A stretch of DNA of 64,000 bases from Rhynchobatus australiae. Lineage: Eukaryota. A model generated the notes under the pieces. It saw only the letters and a list, made by a program, of their open reading frames with translations, searched no databases and was not told the origin of the DNA. The position numbers and the translations under genes are program-made. The stretch's first letter is position 1, and the number at the start of each line of letters is the position of its first letter. Shown piece after piece: positions 1 to 12,400 of this stretch. The stretch lies in assembly GCA_034780895.1 (NCBI GenBank), contig JAUZTB010000098.1, positions 76,848,993-76,912,992 of the forward strand. Direction: 5' to 3'.

Positions 1-337
1 TGTTTTATGGGGCTGGTTGAGGTTTGAAACTGTGGAGTAATTTGAAGACAGATGTTGAGACACAGCTTAAATGTAAACCATGAGGGCAGAAAGCATCAGA
101 GTCATCAACCAATGGCACGGTGTGAATACAGCATGGGTATTCAACTTTTGGATGAGCTCAAAGTAATGGACAATTTGATGGAGCGAGGCCAGTAGGAGTG
201 GTTTGGAATAAACAGGTCAAGGTTAAAATAAAAGACAAGAATGAGGATTGCGGCAGCAAATGAAGTGAGATTGGTCAGAGTTGGAGCAACATAATCAAGG
301 TGAAAATGAGTGATGGCAATGTGCGATTTGAAGCTTT

Positions 338-610
338 GGGCGGCACGGTAGCGTAAGGGCGGCACGGTAGCGTAGTGGTTAGCACGACGCTATTACAGCA
401 CCAGTGACCCGGGTTCGATTCCCGCCGCTGCCTGTAAGGAGTTTCTACGTTCTCCCGCGTCTGCCTGGGTTTCCTCCGGGTGCTCCGGTTTCCTCCCACA
501 TTTCAAAGACGGGCGGGTAGGTTAATTCGGGGTTTAAAAATGGGCGGTGTGGACTCGTTGGGCTGGAAGGGCCTGCTACCACGCTGTAAATAAAATTTAA
601 ATTTAAAATT
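338..610 (+). mobile_element. tRNA-derived V-SINE (HE1-like) with an 18-bp duplicated 5' head
   Basis: A-box-like tagcgtagtgg, B-box gggttcgattccc, V-core tgggtttcctccgggtgctccggtttcctcccaca; 338-355 repeats 357-374. Confidence 0.85.
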
Positions 611-611
611 T

Positions 612-887
612 ACTCTGTACTGTTATTGTTTTTACCTGTACTACATCAATACACTTTGTACTGACCCAATGTAACTGCACTGTGTAACGAATTGACCTGT
701 ACGATCGGTGTGCAAGACAAGTTTTTCACTGGACCTCGGGACAAGTGACAATAACAAACCAATACCAATACTAACTCAATGTAACCGCACTGTGCAGTGA
801 ATTGACCCGTACGATCGGTGTGCAAGACAAGTTTTCACTGGACCTCAGTACAAGTGACAATAACAAACCAATACCAATACCAATACC
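612..887 (+). mobile_element. Rex1/Babar-type LINE 3' tail with tandemly duplicated terminal ~115 bp ending (accaat)n
   Basis: Same tail as the Rex-like copy at 19670-20100; unit 660-770 is repeated at 771-887. Confidence 0.7.
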
Positions 888-1304
888 ATGACCCTCCTGA
901 TTACACAATCAGGTCACCCTTGGGCTCCTACGCTCCGGAGAAAATGGACCTCAGCCTAACTCCCAGTCTCTCCCAGACTCCTGCTGAGGTTCCCGGCGCA
1001 CGGGGGCCAGCAAGACGCGGCGGAGGGGTGGGGGGGGTGGGGGTGGGTGGGGATGGCGAGCACACCGGGTCACAGGAGAAACGCGCAGAGCTCAGGGGGC
1101 CGGGATGGGACAGCGTCACTCGCTGGTGCTGGGCTTCAGCAGCACTACCCGCTGCGGGACTCCGCACCCCACCCGGTGTAGATGCTGCGCCAGTGGGTTC
1201 GTCCGGCCGGGCGCTCATCAGGAGTCGCAGTGGGGTTTGCGGGTTTTGTGGGGAGCAGCAGATCACGGCGTGCCCAGGCAACGACTGGCCAGTCAGAGAC
1301 ACTG

Positions 1305-1600
1305 AAGGACCGCAGATGCTGGGATCTGGATGCAAATCACGGTGACGCCGGAGGAACTCAGCGGGCCGGGCAGCATCTGTGGAGAAAAGCAGGCGGGTCA
1401 ACGTATCTGCTCGGAGACCTTCCCTCCGGACTGAAGATTGGGGAAGGGGAAGCCCGATATATCGGAGGGAAAAGCAGAGCAGTGATAGGTCGAAAAAAGA
1501 AGGGAGGTGAAGTGGGCAGAAGGTGGCGATAGGCGATAGGTAGACACACCCAGTGATGGGCGGGTGCGGGAGGAGGAGGGGAGAGCAGATCCATCGGGGG
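1305..1600 (-). mobile_element. Penelope-like element terminal fragment, CpG-rich
   Basis: gcagatgctgg..ggaggaactcagcgggccgggcagcatctgtgga motif followed by purine-rich tract, like the reverse complement of 11270-11760. Confidence 0.6.
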
Positions 1601-1826
1601 TATTGGTATTGGTGTTGGCTTATTAGTCACTTGTACGGAGGTCCAGTGAAAGACTTGTCTTGCACACCGATCGCACGGGTGAATTCATAACGCAGTGCAG
1701 TTACACTGAGTCAGTACAGAGAGCATTGAGGTACTACAGGTAAAAACAGTAACAGTACAGAGTAAAGTGTCACAGCTACAGAGAAAGTGCAGTGCAGGTA
1801 GACAATAAGGTGCAAGGTCACAACAA
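1600..1826 (-). mobile_element. Rex1/Babar-type 3' tail, inverted relative to 612-887
   Basis: Reverse complement of the tail at 612-887. Confidence 0.7.
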
Positions 1827-2129
1827 NNNNNNNNNNNNNNNNNNNNNNNNNNNNNNNNNNNNNNNNNNNNNNNNNNNNNNNNNNNNNNNNNNNNNNNNNN
1901 NNNNNNNNNNNNNNNNNNNNNNNNNNTGTGTTGCTCCAGAGTCCAGCATCTGCAGAATCTCTTGTGTCTCAGTTGGTAAATTTGATCCAAAATTGGCTTG
2001 GCAGTAGCAGACAGAGAGTGTTGGTAGAGACCTGTTTTGAAATTCAATGCTTTATTCTGGCTGGTTTCTGTCTGTTAAACAAACCACAATCCACATTGAT
2101 ATGTTATCCCTAATTTTATGCAATCCAAT

Positions 2130-2580
2130 TTTGTTCGATATTATCTTGTTTCACATCTTACCGAAGGTCTTCTGAAAGTCCAATAATACCACATCGCACT
2201 GATCTTCTCTTAACTACTCTACTAGTTAAACCTCACAAGCTTGAACATATTTGTCAAAGATGGTATTCCTTTCATAAATCCATGTCGACTCTGCCCAATC
2301 CATTATTATTTTCCAAGTGCCTTGTCACCATTTCCTCCATCAAAGATACCAAAATTTTCCTTACCACTGATAGAGGGCTAAATGGTCTGTGGTTCCCTGT
2401 TTTCTCTCCTTCTTAAAGAGTGAGTTCACATTCGATACCTTCTAATCTGTGGCAATGGCCCCAGAGTCAATGGAATTTTGGAAGTTAACAACCAATGCAT
2501 CCATTATTTAGCTATCTCCTTCAAAACCCTCAGATGCAGGCCCTGGGGATTGATCTTTCCATCCCATTAATTTCACCCTT
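2130..2580 (-). mobile_element. Degenerate CR1 LINE RT fragment
   Basis: Minus strand reads agagtcgacatggatttatgaaagg (SQHGFMKG-like) and other CR1 RT-like segments. Confidence 0.55.
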
Positions 2581-2962
2581 CTAGTTTGTTAAAAAAGCTA
2601 ATTTATTTGAGTTCTTCAGACCTCGACATATGCAGTTCTCCTTTATCTTCAGGAGGTTTTTCATTTTTTATAATGTATTTCCTGACCAAAGGAGAATGCC
2701 ATCAGGTCTATACCAGCTCTCAGAGAAATCTGATTCATCCCATTCCCCCACATTTTCCTACAATCTATTCTTTCCAATATACTCATTAATACCCAAGGAG
2801 TAATTTACAATACCCAATTAATCTAACAGCCAGCACTTAGCAAGAGAGGAGACACAAGAGACTGTAGACGCCGGAATCTGGAGCAACACACAAAGCGCTG
2901 GAGGAACTCAGTGGGTCAGGCAGCATCCATGGAGGGAAATTTTTTTTAAAACAAAATAAACG

Positions 2963-3212
2963 TAGCAGCACGGTAGCGTAGTGGTCAGCGTGACGCTATT
3001 ACAGCACCAGTGACCCGGGTTCGATTCCCGCCGCTGCCTGTAAGGAGTTTGTACGTTCTCCCGTGTCTGCGTGGGTTTCTTCCGGGTGCTCCAGTTTCCT
3101 CCCACATTCCAAAGACGTACGGGTAGGTTAATTTGGGGTTTAGAATGGGCAGGGTGGACTCATTGGGCCGGAAGGGCCTGTTACCAGGCTGTAAATAAAT
3201 TTTTTTTAAAAA
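2963..3212 (+). mobile_element. V-SINE (HE1-like) next to a truncated Penelope-type terminal repeat (2850-2940)
   Basis: Near-identical to the SINE at 357-610. Confidence 0.85.
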
Positions 3213-3318
3213 AAAGCTAAAGTCAGTTATCATCATTCAATTTTTGTACTTGACAAGACCACCTGTTTGTCCTTCAATGAAACTATGAGTTGGATTTTTT
3301 GTTGACAACTATAATTAC

Positions 3319-3430
3319 CTCCAGTGTCTTTCATCCTACGTGGTGAATCTTTAAGCAAGGTACTATACCAGGAACAGTCCTGCGAATTCAATGAGCAATC
3401 AGAAACATCTTGATGACTTTCTGAACGACC
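3319..3430 (-). CDS. KIF13A: KIF13A exon (~36): GRSESHQDVSDCSLNSQDCSWYSTLLKDSPRRMKDTG
   Basis: 112 nt, phase 0/1; resembles recalled human GWPENQLDMSDYSSSYQDVACYGTLPRDSPRRNKE. Confidence 0.87.
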
Positions 3431-6400
3431 CTAGAATCATTAGGAGGAAATACAGTGTTTACAACATCAGTTCATTAATTACATTAAGTTTGTGTGTCAG
3501 AATAGCTAGCAAATTAATATCATGTACTGATCTTTGGAGGACAAGAAAAACAGGTCATTTTTTCAAATATACTAATCATATAAAGCACCATTTCAGGCCA
3601 TCACAAATAACATAAGTTAAAGCTTAGCCTGGGGTGAGAAAAGAAATTAATGCTCCTTTGGAATTATAGACCTCAATACACCACACCTTTGTCAAGATGG
3701 CAGGCAGTTTGTTGAGACTTTTTGAAGCACTTTTAACAATGAATACTATCTAGCTGGCAATCTGGCTCAGATTAGATAGTTTATGCATCATTGGGACAAA
3801 CTTCATATTTAATGATCTAAATTAACAATAATATTGGAAAAGAAAATAAGAAATTATAATCAAAATACAAATCCAGTTCATTTAGCCACTTGCCTGCACT
3901 GGAATGAATTACTGAAAGGTTATGGGCTGGGGGTGAAGATTTAGGGAATACTGTAGGAACGGCTTCATGTTAATTTTATTTTGAGCTACTTGTGAATTTA
4001 TTGCAGTGACAGCCACAAACACAACTATGAATAAAGCTCAGGAGGTTCTGAACAAATTGAATTACAAGATTCAAACATGACCAGCACCATCACATGTATG
4101 GATGTGCACATTGCATATGGCCCTTGGTGTTAATTCTGTATTATCAGCATGTGTGATCCACACAGCTCACAAAGAGGGGCTACCATAATAGCTTATAATA
4201 CTTCAATCATCACTGCATCTTAAAGGCTTTCAGTATTTTTATCTTCATTGCCCTTATCAAAGAGGCTATTCAGGATAATCAATGCATTATGTCAGCAAGT
4301 CCTTTCTAACATAAAATCCTCATCAAAATGAGTAGAAAAGGTTCATGGAGCAGCATATTCTATTGCTGGTACTAGTTATTACAGCCCTGGAATTTTCTCA
4401 GCTGATATATTAAGTGGCACCAGTATTGATTTTTGATTTGTCAGCCAGGCCAGCCCTGGATATACTGTCTCCTTATTCAATGGTTATACCCTACCAATGA
4501 TCTAAGGGAATAATCTCTGGTGAGGACTAGTATCTGTAAGGGGCATTGGTTGGGAAATTGCAGATCAGCAGTACCTGATATTCAATCCAGTGAGAATGGA
4601 AGAGAAAGTTAACATCCACTGTGCTTACAAGATATTTTAAAGGATGAATCTGTGGAGAAATCACCTCCATCTACCTGTGATATTGGCCACCTCAAGGCTT
4701 CTATTATTTGCGATTCTCCCCTCCCCCCCGCCAATTCTATATACACTTATTATTCTTCTTCTATGAAGTTTTAACAGCTTATTGGTTACACACCTTGCAT
4801 TCATCCTCTTCATATCCAGAGATATCTGTTCGACTATTGGATACCTGGAGAAACCAGAGATAAAACAGGTGAATCAGAGATTTTCAAATAACTGCTTTGA
4901 TTCCAGATTGTGAAGCTCAAACAGCATTCAAAGCATGGTTGTGAATTATAGACCTTATTTTTCATCACACTTTCAATGTGGTCACTCATTATGGCAAGCA
5001 GGTTAAAAATAAATTCTTTAATAAACTTAACAGGCATGGACGCAAGATGAATATAAGCACATTAGAAACAATGCAGTTTATGCAAGAAAGCCTTCAACTG
5101 AGCACAGAGGTTATCTTCCAGTAAGGAATTCAAAAAAGCTATGTACAATTTGCATTTTCTAATACTGTAATATATCACCTCACCATTTGTATCTTCAATC
5201 TTAGGTTGCACAAAATTCTAATTAAACACTCACAAATACCAGAACTGAAAGTTTATAATTTCTCAGGGAAATTAATACACTATGGGTGGAGTACTAGCTG
5301 TTTCCCTTCAGAGAAACAACCCTGAAGGGAAAGGGTTTGTGAAATCGAAAATGGAGACATGCACCTTATGCAATGGCAGTCAAAAGGGGAACTATCCTTC
5401 GGACCAGAATATCCATTTTCCATTATTGCTTTGCATCTACTTATACATTTCCTAAAATGATCACTTTTACATTGCCTTCATGTGTTAAATGATGCCATGC
5501 CAGTATTCAAAGCAGTGATTAAAATAGAAATATGTCCACTCCAAATGACATCAGTCATCAGGTCACTATGCAAGCCACATTAGTCTACAAAATTAGAAGG
5601 CATTAAACTCTATCCATCATAATTCAATCTTCTGCCTGCCTCCTGCCATCTCTTGGTTGCTGATCGCATCTACCTAGTGTGATATACATGCATACATGCT
5701 GATGTCCAGTACTGTATTTCATACCTTTCAAAATAACATCTCCAGACCAAGGTTTGCAGGAGGTCTGCAAAGCCAGTCTCCATTTACTTCCAATTGACCT
5801 CGATTTTCTTTTTCTTCACTGTTGTGAAAATTTTCAGCTGCAACTGGATCACTGAAGTCATTGTATGTGGAAAGGGGAAATTAGGCTGGAGATGAGTGGA
5901 TGCATTTTTCCTATCAAGTGATGGATAACTTCGAGACATTTTGTTGTTAAGTGAAGTAGTTACTAAAGGAACAGGGAGATTTCATTAGAAGCTCATTTGT
6001 AAGTGGACAGTCTCTCCTGAGAATGGTAAAATGTGTGGACATTACATTCATATTATCAGTCAGTCTCAAAAAAGACTTCAGCTTTTCTTCTTGGGAGGAG
6101 CTCTTGGATGCAAGGTTTACTTGGTTATTTTCAGTTCTATTCTTCTTAGCACATTTATGGTTAATCCCCATTGTTGCGTTATCAACAGGATATTGTGGGA
6201 ATGATGGATAATATTCTCACTTTGAAACTGTGATTACATATGCATTTATCTTCTTTAGAAGTCTGTCAGCTATAAAAATGGAGCATCATCAAGAGCTGAG
6301 AAATTTCTTATAGAGTTTACTCATTCAAAAAAAAACCAAAATTATATCAGCCACAGAAAACCTCCATAAAAGTATTCAGCGGGGAGCTACAGATTTTAAA

Positions 6401-9400
6401 ATATAATTTTGATTCACAGTGTAGTCTAAATCAATAAAAAAATTACAAAGTTCCATTCACTTTGCACTTCTACCATCTCACCAAACAGTCGCAACCTGCC
6501 AAGTTGAAAAGCATTAACTCGTGCAAAATGCACCTATTCACTTTTTTTTATATACATCTTCATGATCGTTCATTATCAAACCAGAATGGGTACTGAATAT
6601 TGAACAAAATTGAAATTCCAATGAGCTATTGTGATTGAATGGAAAACTCACATGGAATTCAGTTTTCTATTTTTCCTAATATGATCACAAGTCTCTTAAT
6701 TACAGCCATAATTTGATCTCAAGTTGTTTGCTTTAGCTGGGCTGCACACAGTGAATTTCTGTCTTGAGCAGATGCAAATCATTTTCCACAGCTGATAAAC
6801 AGCACAAGTTTCTATATAAGATCAAGTTTCTGAACAAATTTCTGAACGTCAGCCAACTGTTACTCAGCTTCCAGTTATACACAAGTCCTTTGTGCACATC
6901 ATAGTAATCATNNNNNNNNNNNNNNNNNNNNNNNNNNNNNNNNNNNNNNNNNNNNNNNNNNNNNNNNNNNNNNNNNNNNNNNNNNNNNNNNNNNNNNNNN
7001 NNNNNNNNNNNAATCATGCAAAACTTCTTTGCCATTGTAGAGCCTTAAGGGATGGGACTTCAGATCAATGACGGACAACACTAAGCTTATTGAACAATCT
7101 TTGCACCCACACAGTTCAGTTCTACAAGAGTGAAGCTATACAGAATTGCACTAGGTTGAAAAATATATCAGGCAACACCACCATTCTATCCTTAACCTAC
7201 TAAATTTCAGATGTCAATGAATTTAGCATTTGTTAATTCTGAACGATATATGACAGAACAATTGTAAATAGAAAGCCAATTGAATCATAAAAGTTATCCA
7301 CACTTGGCCAGTACTGAAGCTACAGTAGGATCTACAGATTAACTCCAGTTCTTGATTAAATTACTCATCATCTTGGGATTTCCATTTGTAGTTTGGCTGT
7401 TAATTCCTCTTTTTTTAAATGTTGATGTTTACTATTGATCTCCATTTGATTCTTTTTTATGACTCAATGTCATAAAATATTTAAAACTTTTTACTGGTAT
7501 TTTAAAGCATCAGTTTTCTTTAAGCAGGCATTTTTGTCATCAAACACTTTTAGTTCACCGAGATAAACCAAGGCAACAATGTAATAATGTGAAGCACAAA
7601 TTCATCAGGACAAAGCGATAAGAGACAACTTGTTATTCAGGGTAATAATGAATCCATTTGTTCAATAGCTTAAAGTAGGAACATGGAAGTTTCATTTTAA
7701 CTGTATTATTCAACATCCAGAGGTATTCCATGTTTGTACACTATCTCAGCAGCTTCAGTTTACAGCTGGGACTCACCAATATTGAAAGCAACAAAGCTGG
7801 TTAACATTTTGTATTTTCATATTTCCATAGGATACGGCTTCTTTTGAAAATATTGCAATTTATATTTTAATTTTATTCATGTGTTTTATTTGTCGAAATG
7901 CTTAAAGCTAGAAAACAATGCCGCTGGCTTGCTTGCTCTGTAAGGTTGTTTCTGTGACTTTGAACCTTTAACTTTATGGCCTTTCTGTCCACAGAGGTAA
8001 CATGTACAGGACCTTTCACAGTTCAATGACCTTGTATTTTTGCTATCCAAGTTTGCTTTGAGCTTTGTATCACATTTGTTAGACCTCATTGTATTATCTG
8101 GTGTTAGGTTGGCTCCTGGACTTGCCCTGCAGTGCAGCTTCTCCATTCTCTGAAGTCTCTCCATTTGATCCATTTGGTGCAGTGCAAGTTGCTTCACTAA
8201 TGTGGTAAGCTCGAGCAGTGCAGGGTCTTGCTCAAANNNNNNNNNNNNNNNNNNNNNNNNNNNNNNNNNNNNNNNNNNNNNNNNNNNNNNNNNNNNNNNN
8301 NNNNNNNNNNNNNNNNNNNNNNNNNNNNNNNNNNNNTGCTCAAATCTTGACTGAACTCCAGCAAATTCAGAAGCATCTCCTAAGCTTTTTTCACTAACCT
8401 GCTCAGGAGGAGCTGGGTCACACACTTTGGGTGGCTTTCCGGATTGTCTGGAGAACATCTTATTTTCACACGGTAGTTGTTTCTGTTTAGTTTGTTGATC
8501 CTTGAATATTACTGACTTTTTATTAACAGCTGGAGGCCTCTGATGAATATTTTTCTCAAGTGGAGTACTTATAGACTGTGGCTTAATTTTGAAATCGTTA
8601 TGTGCAGAGGAGCTCCGTTTACTAGCTTTAGCTTTAAAAGATCTTAATACTGCAGACATAGAATAGGAGGCTTTGAATTCATTTGACTGCTCAAAGTTTT
8701 GAAAGAAACCAATTGTGGAGTCCAGTGAGGGTTGAGAGTTTCCATATTCTGCTCTGAGTTTTTCAAAAGCAGCAGCAGGGCATTGGTCCTTCAATGGCAA
8801 CTCAAGGACAAGCATTTTTGCTCTTCCCTCAAGGTGGTGTACCACAGTTGCAAACTGAAGTGTAGCAGGCACCTCATGAACATCGAGCATCTGCTGCATA
8901 TCCCTTATCCAATCTTCTACATCAATCCTACTGCTTGGATTTCCACCAAACTTGGGTGCACTCACTAATTGGTTGGGTGCCATCAGGGAATGATGCAGAA
9001 CCAGTGGTAATGATTCGGACTGACATCTGGCAGGAAAGGAATGGGCAGGAGGAAAGGACTGACTATCCATTTCTGGCAGCTTCCAATGTACTTCAGCTAA
9101 GTGATTGCTTGCCTNNNNNNNNNNCTCCCTCGATTCAGCAAGTTTCTTTTTCTAAGGAACAGATATGAGCAACAGATTTCAACCAATTGACCATGGGCAT
9201 CCAACATTTCGTTTTGGCTTCCAAGCTATGTTAGCTAGTCTCTGCTGTATTAGGCAATTGTAAACATTTAACAAAACACTACACCTTTCTTCACTAAAAT
9301 CAATTAGTTTACCCCTACCCTCTGCCCCACATTGATCTAGAAAGGACACAAAAGCTCCATACCTGTTCATAACTTGTCCCTACACCAAAGTGTTACCTAC

Positions 9401-12400
9401 TTTTGGTTGAATAGATACAATATACATGTGAACAAAATGTGTATTTCTCAGTTTATGGATAAAAGTTAGTTGAAAAATAGTGTGCTCTTAATTTTACATT
9501 AGTGGTTAAGAGCAGTCACAATGTGGGTCATGATTTTATTACCACCTTGAATGCTTCTTGTGTTTAGAGAGGGCAGTGGATAACAAAATACATATAGACG
9601 TAATCACACACTTGAAGGTCTTAAACTTTTCATCACCAAGTATAATACAAAAAGGTATAAATAAAGAAATCTCAGCGTTTACACTATGCTAAAATGCCTC
9701 CCATCAGAAGTATGTGCAATCTTCAGCAGGACGGAATTAAAGCAATCAATTCTAAAGCTCTTAGCTTTAGTAGTTTTAATCATAATTGCACATGCAGTTA
9801 TGAAAATACATGTAATATCACACTGAGTATCAAAAACAAATGCAGATGCTGGGAATCTGAAATAAAAAGCTGAAAACACACAGCATCTGTGAATAGAGAA
9901 ACAATTGACTTTCTCCTTCCACAGATGCTACCGACTTGCTGAGTATTTCCAACTTCTTTTGTTTTCATTTATTGCATAGTTCATATGACTTTTGCTCCTA
10001 TTTTACAAATGTTTTCTATTTTACAAGTTTCACCCTTCTGATATACAATTGTTCCACTGAATAAGCCTCAATTTCTTTTCTTTTCCAGACTCGAGCAGAA
10101 AGGCAGACTAACTTATCCAGCCCATTTCTAATATATAAACATGAATTTGACATCAAATTGGCTGCCCAAAGTGAGGTATCCATTGCCTATGGGATTTAAA
10201 TTTATTTTTCTCAAGCTTCCACTGATTAAGATATAACCATTATGATCTATATTTCACTTTCCAGCATGGATATCCCCAACTTTATAAAAGCTTGATGGTT
10301 ACTTTTTACTACAGCTCAACAAACGGGATGAAACAATAGACAACTTGCAGTCTGACTTTAAGGTCTCCTTCCTCAAATCCTACAAAAAGGCTTACTTGAT
10401 CGCAAAGCCATTCTGGGCACTTAAAAATATATCACTTGAAAATATTCATGCAAAACAGCCACATTTACCAGCATGCAGCAGCTGGGTAATTTGCAAACAA
10501 ACCATGCCTTGCATGAAAATATCTATAAAAGGAGAAAATATACAATTTTGAAATGAGAAACAAACTCCATCTGTGCAAGGTAATTCTACTATCCCTTGCT
10601 TTCTTACTGCACTATCCCATCCCCTCTCATTCCACTTTATTTGAAGACAATACATGTTCCCAATCCCTACTATGAAATACCAGCTTGTCTACATGAAGAT
10701 ACTTGCTTCATTCTTACACCATTTGGATGATAAACACTAAAATATTTTACTTTAAATAAAACACTCGAGAAGATTTGTTGCAATGTGTACTTCGCTGTCA
10801 GTTGCAGTGTAAGTATGGAGCAAAGCATCTTGTGGGAACTTCCCGAAAATGGGCAGCCAGTCACTGTGTGTGGGTCAGTGTGTTCCTGACTTCGATTCCT
10901 TTGCACTGCAAGAACCAGCTTTAATGTCAGACGCTGGCAGATCTGACAGTGTCCAGGGATACAGGTCAGATGTGCAGAGCTGAAGGGACAGATGCACGAG
11001 TGGGATTGCTGATCTGGTTTGAAAATTTAAGTGGTTTGATCTTTCTTTGTTACTTTTCTTTAATGTTTTTAATTTCTTCCATCTAAATGTTAAAAAAATA
11101 TTTACTTAAAATACTTCTGATGTTTTACATTATTTAAATCTATTTCAACTAACTGATATATAAAGCACTCTAGATTACAGGTGAATACCCAATGACGTTA
11201 TTCAAGACAAAAATCAAATAAAACGCAGGCAAACTGTGAAGAACAATTTATGGAAAAGGCCCAAACTGCCAGATGCAGGTTGGTGGAGCACACTTTATAT
11301 TCCATCTTTGTAGTCTCTAACCTAATGGCATCAACATTGATTTCTCCAACTTCTGGTAACCACTTCCCTGTTTTCCTCTTTCCCCTGGCCTTTGTTTTCC
11401 CGAATTCCTGTGGACCCCTTCACCCTTTCTTTCCCCTCTCCCACCCTCACAATCTGCCTACCTCCTTTCCTTTATTTCACAGTCATCTGTCAGATTCCTT
11501 CTTCTTCAGCCCTTGGCCTCTTCCACCTATCACCTCCCAAGCTTCTCACATTATTCCCTTTTACCACCCCTTCCCCCTCTCACCTGGACTCACCTATCAC
11601 CCTTTTACTCTGGCTTCTGCCCTCTTCCTTTCCAGTCCCAATGAAGGGTCTCAGCCAAAACGTCAACTGTTCATTTCCCTCCATAGATGCCTCATGATCT
11701 GCTGAGTTTCTCCAGCATTTTGTGTGCATTGCTCCAGATTTCCAGCATCTGCAGTCTCTCATGTAATAGAAAAGGACATAGGGCAGCCAAGGGACAGAGC
11801 ATCAGGATTCACTGTCAGAGGCCTGGTGACTGTTTCCGACCAGTGAAGCTATGAAAATTGCTACTGCATAAATAACACAGGGGCTAGGGATCTGGGGGTG
11901 TAGGACAGAGTGAAAGGATTGCAACCCATCCTAGCATTTCCATATTCATTGCTGTGTTCACTTCTCTTCACTTTTGATCGTTGCTGACAAATAGGAACTC
12001 AGTATTATCAGAAGCCTTGCAAGCAAAATACTTCAGATGCTAGGAGTTTGAAATAAAAACAAAAATTGCTGAGCAGATTGGGCAGCATCTGTAGAGAGAA
12101 GACCAACTGGCGATTGAGGCTGATGATCTTTCATCAGCACTCGGTACCGGTTTCCTTTCTTAGTTCTGATAAAGGCAGTTGACTTGTTTCTCGACTCACT
12201 GACCACCCCCGTATTTTGCAGCATTTCTTGGTTTTATTTCATTAAAGCTACAGCCTTTCATGCCTGTGTTGCTACCAGCTCTTTATTCACAGCTACATTA
12301 GGACAAGTTCCTTTCTGGAACATATGATGCATCTTCAGGGTTCACAGCATGCATCTGTGGTCAAAAGTGTTACTTCCTTGCAGAAATGTGACCTTAATAA

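Noticed and set aside
357-430. tRNA-like sequence with A and B boxes
   Set aside because: It is the head of a multi-copy SINE, not a tRNA gene.
660-887. Tandem repeat superficially like a repeat-spacer array
   Set aside because: Duplicated LINE 3' tail in a vertebrate genome; not CRISPR.
818-1630. Several overlapping 90-175 aa ORFs
   Set aside because: By-product of GC-rich repeat mosaic; low-complexity translations with no recognisable domain.
5301-5332. Perfect 11-bp hairpin tttcccttcag...ctgaagggaaa
   Set aside because: Too short for a pre-miRNA; isolated and compatible with chance.
7000-7885. Search for pol or an LTR downstream of the Gag ORF
   Set aside because: AT-rich, no ORF and no protease/RT motifs seen; no repeat matching the upstream flank by eye.
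10680-10701. Possible microexon or exon-35 homologue (VSSCRQAG)
   Set aside because: No pyrimidine tract; the true homologue is at 4794-4844.
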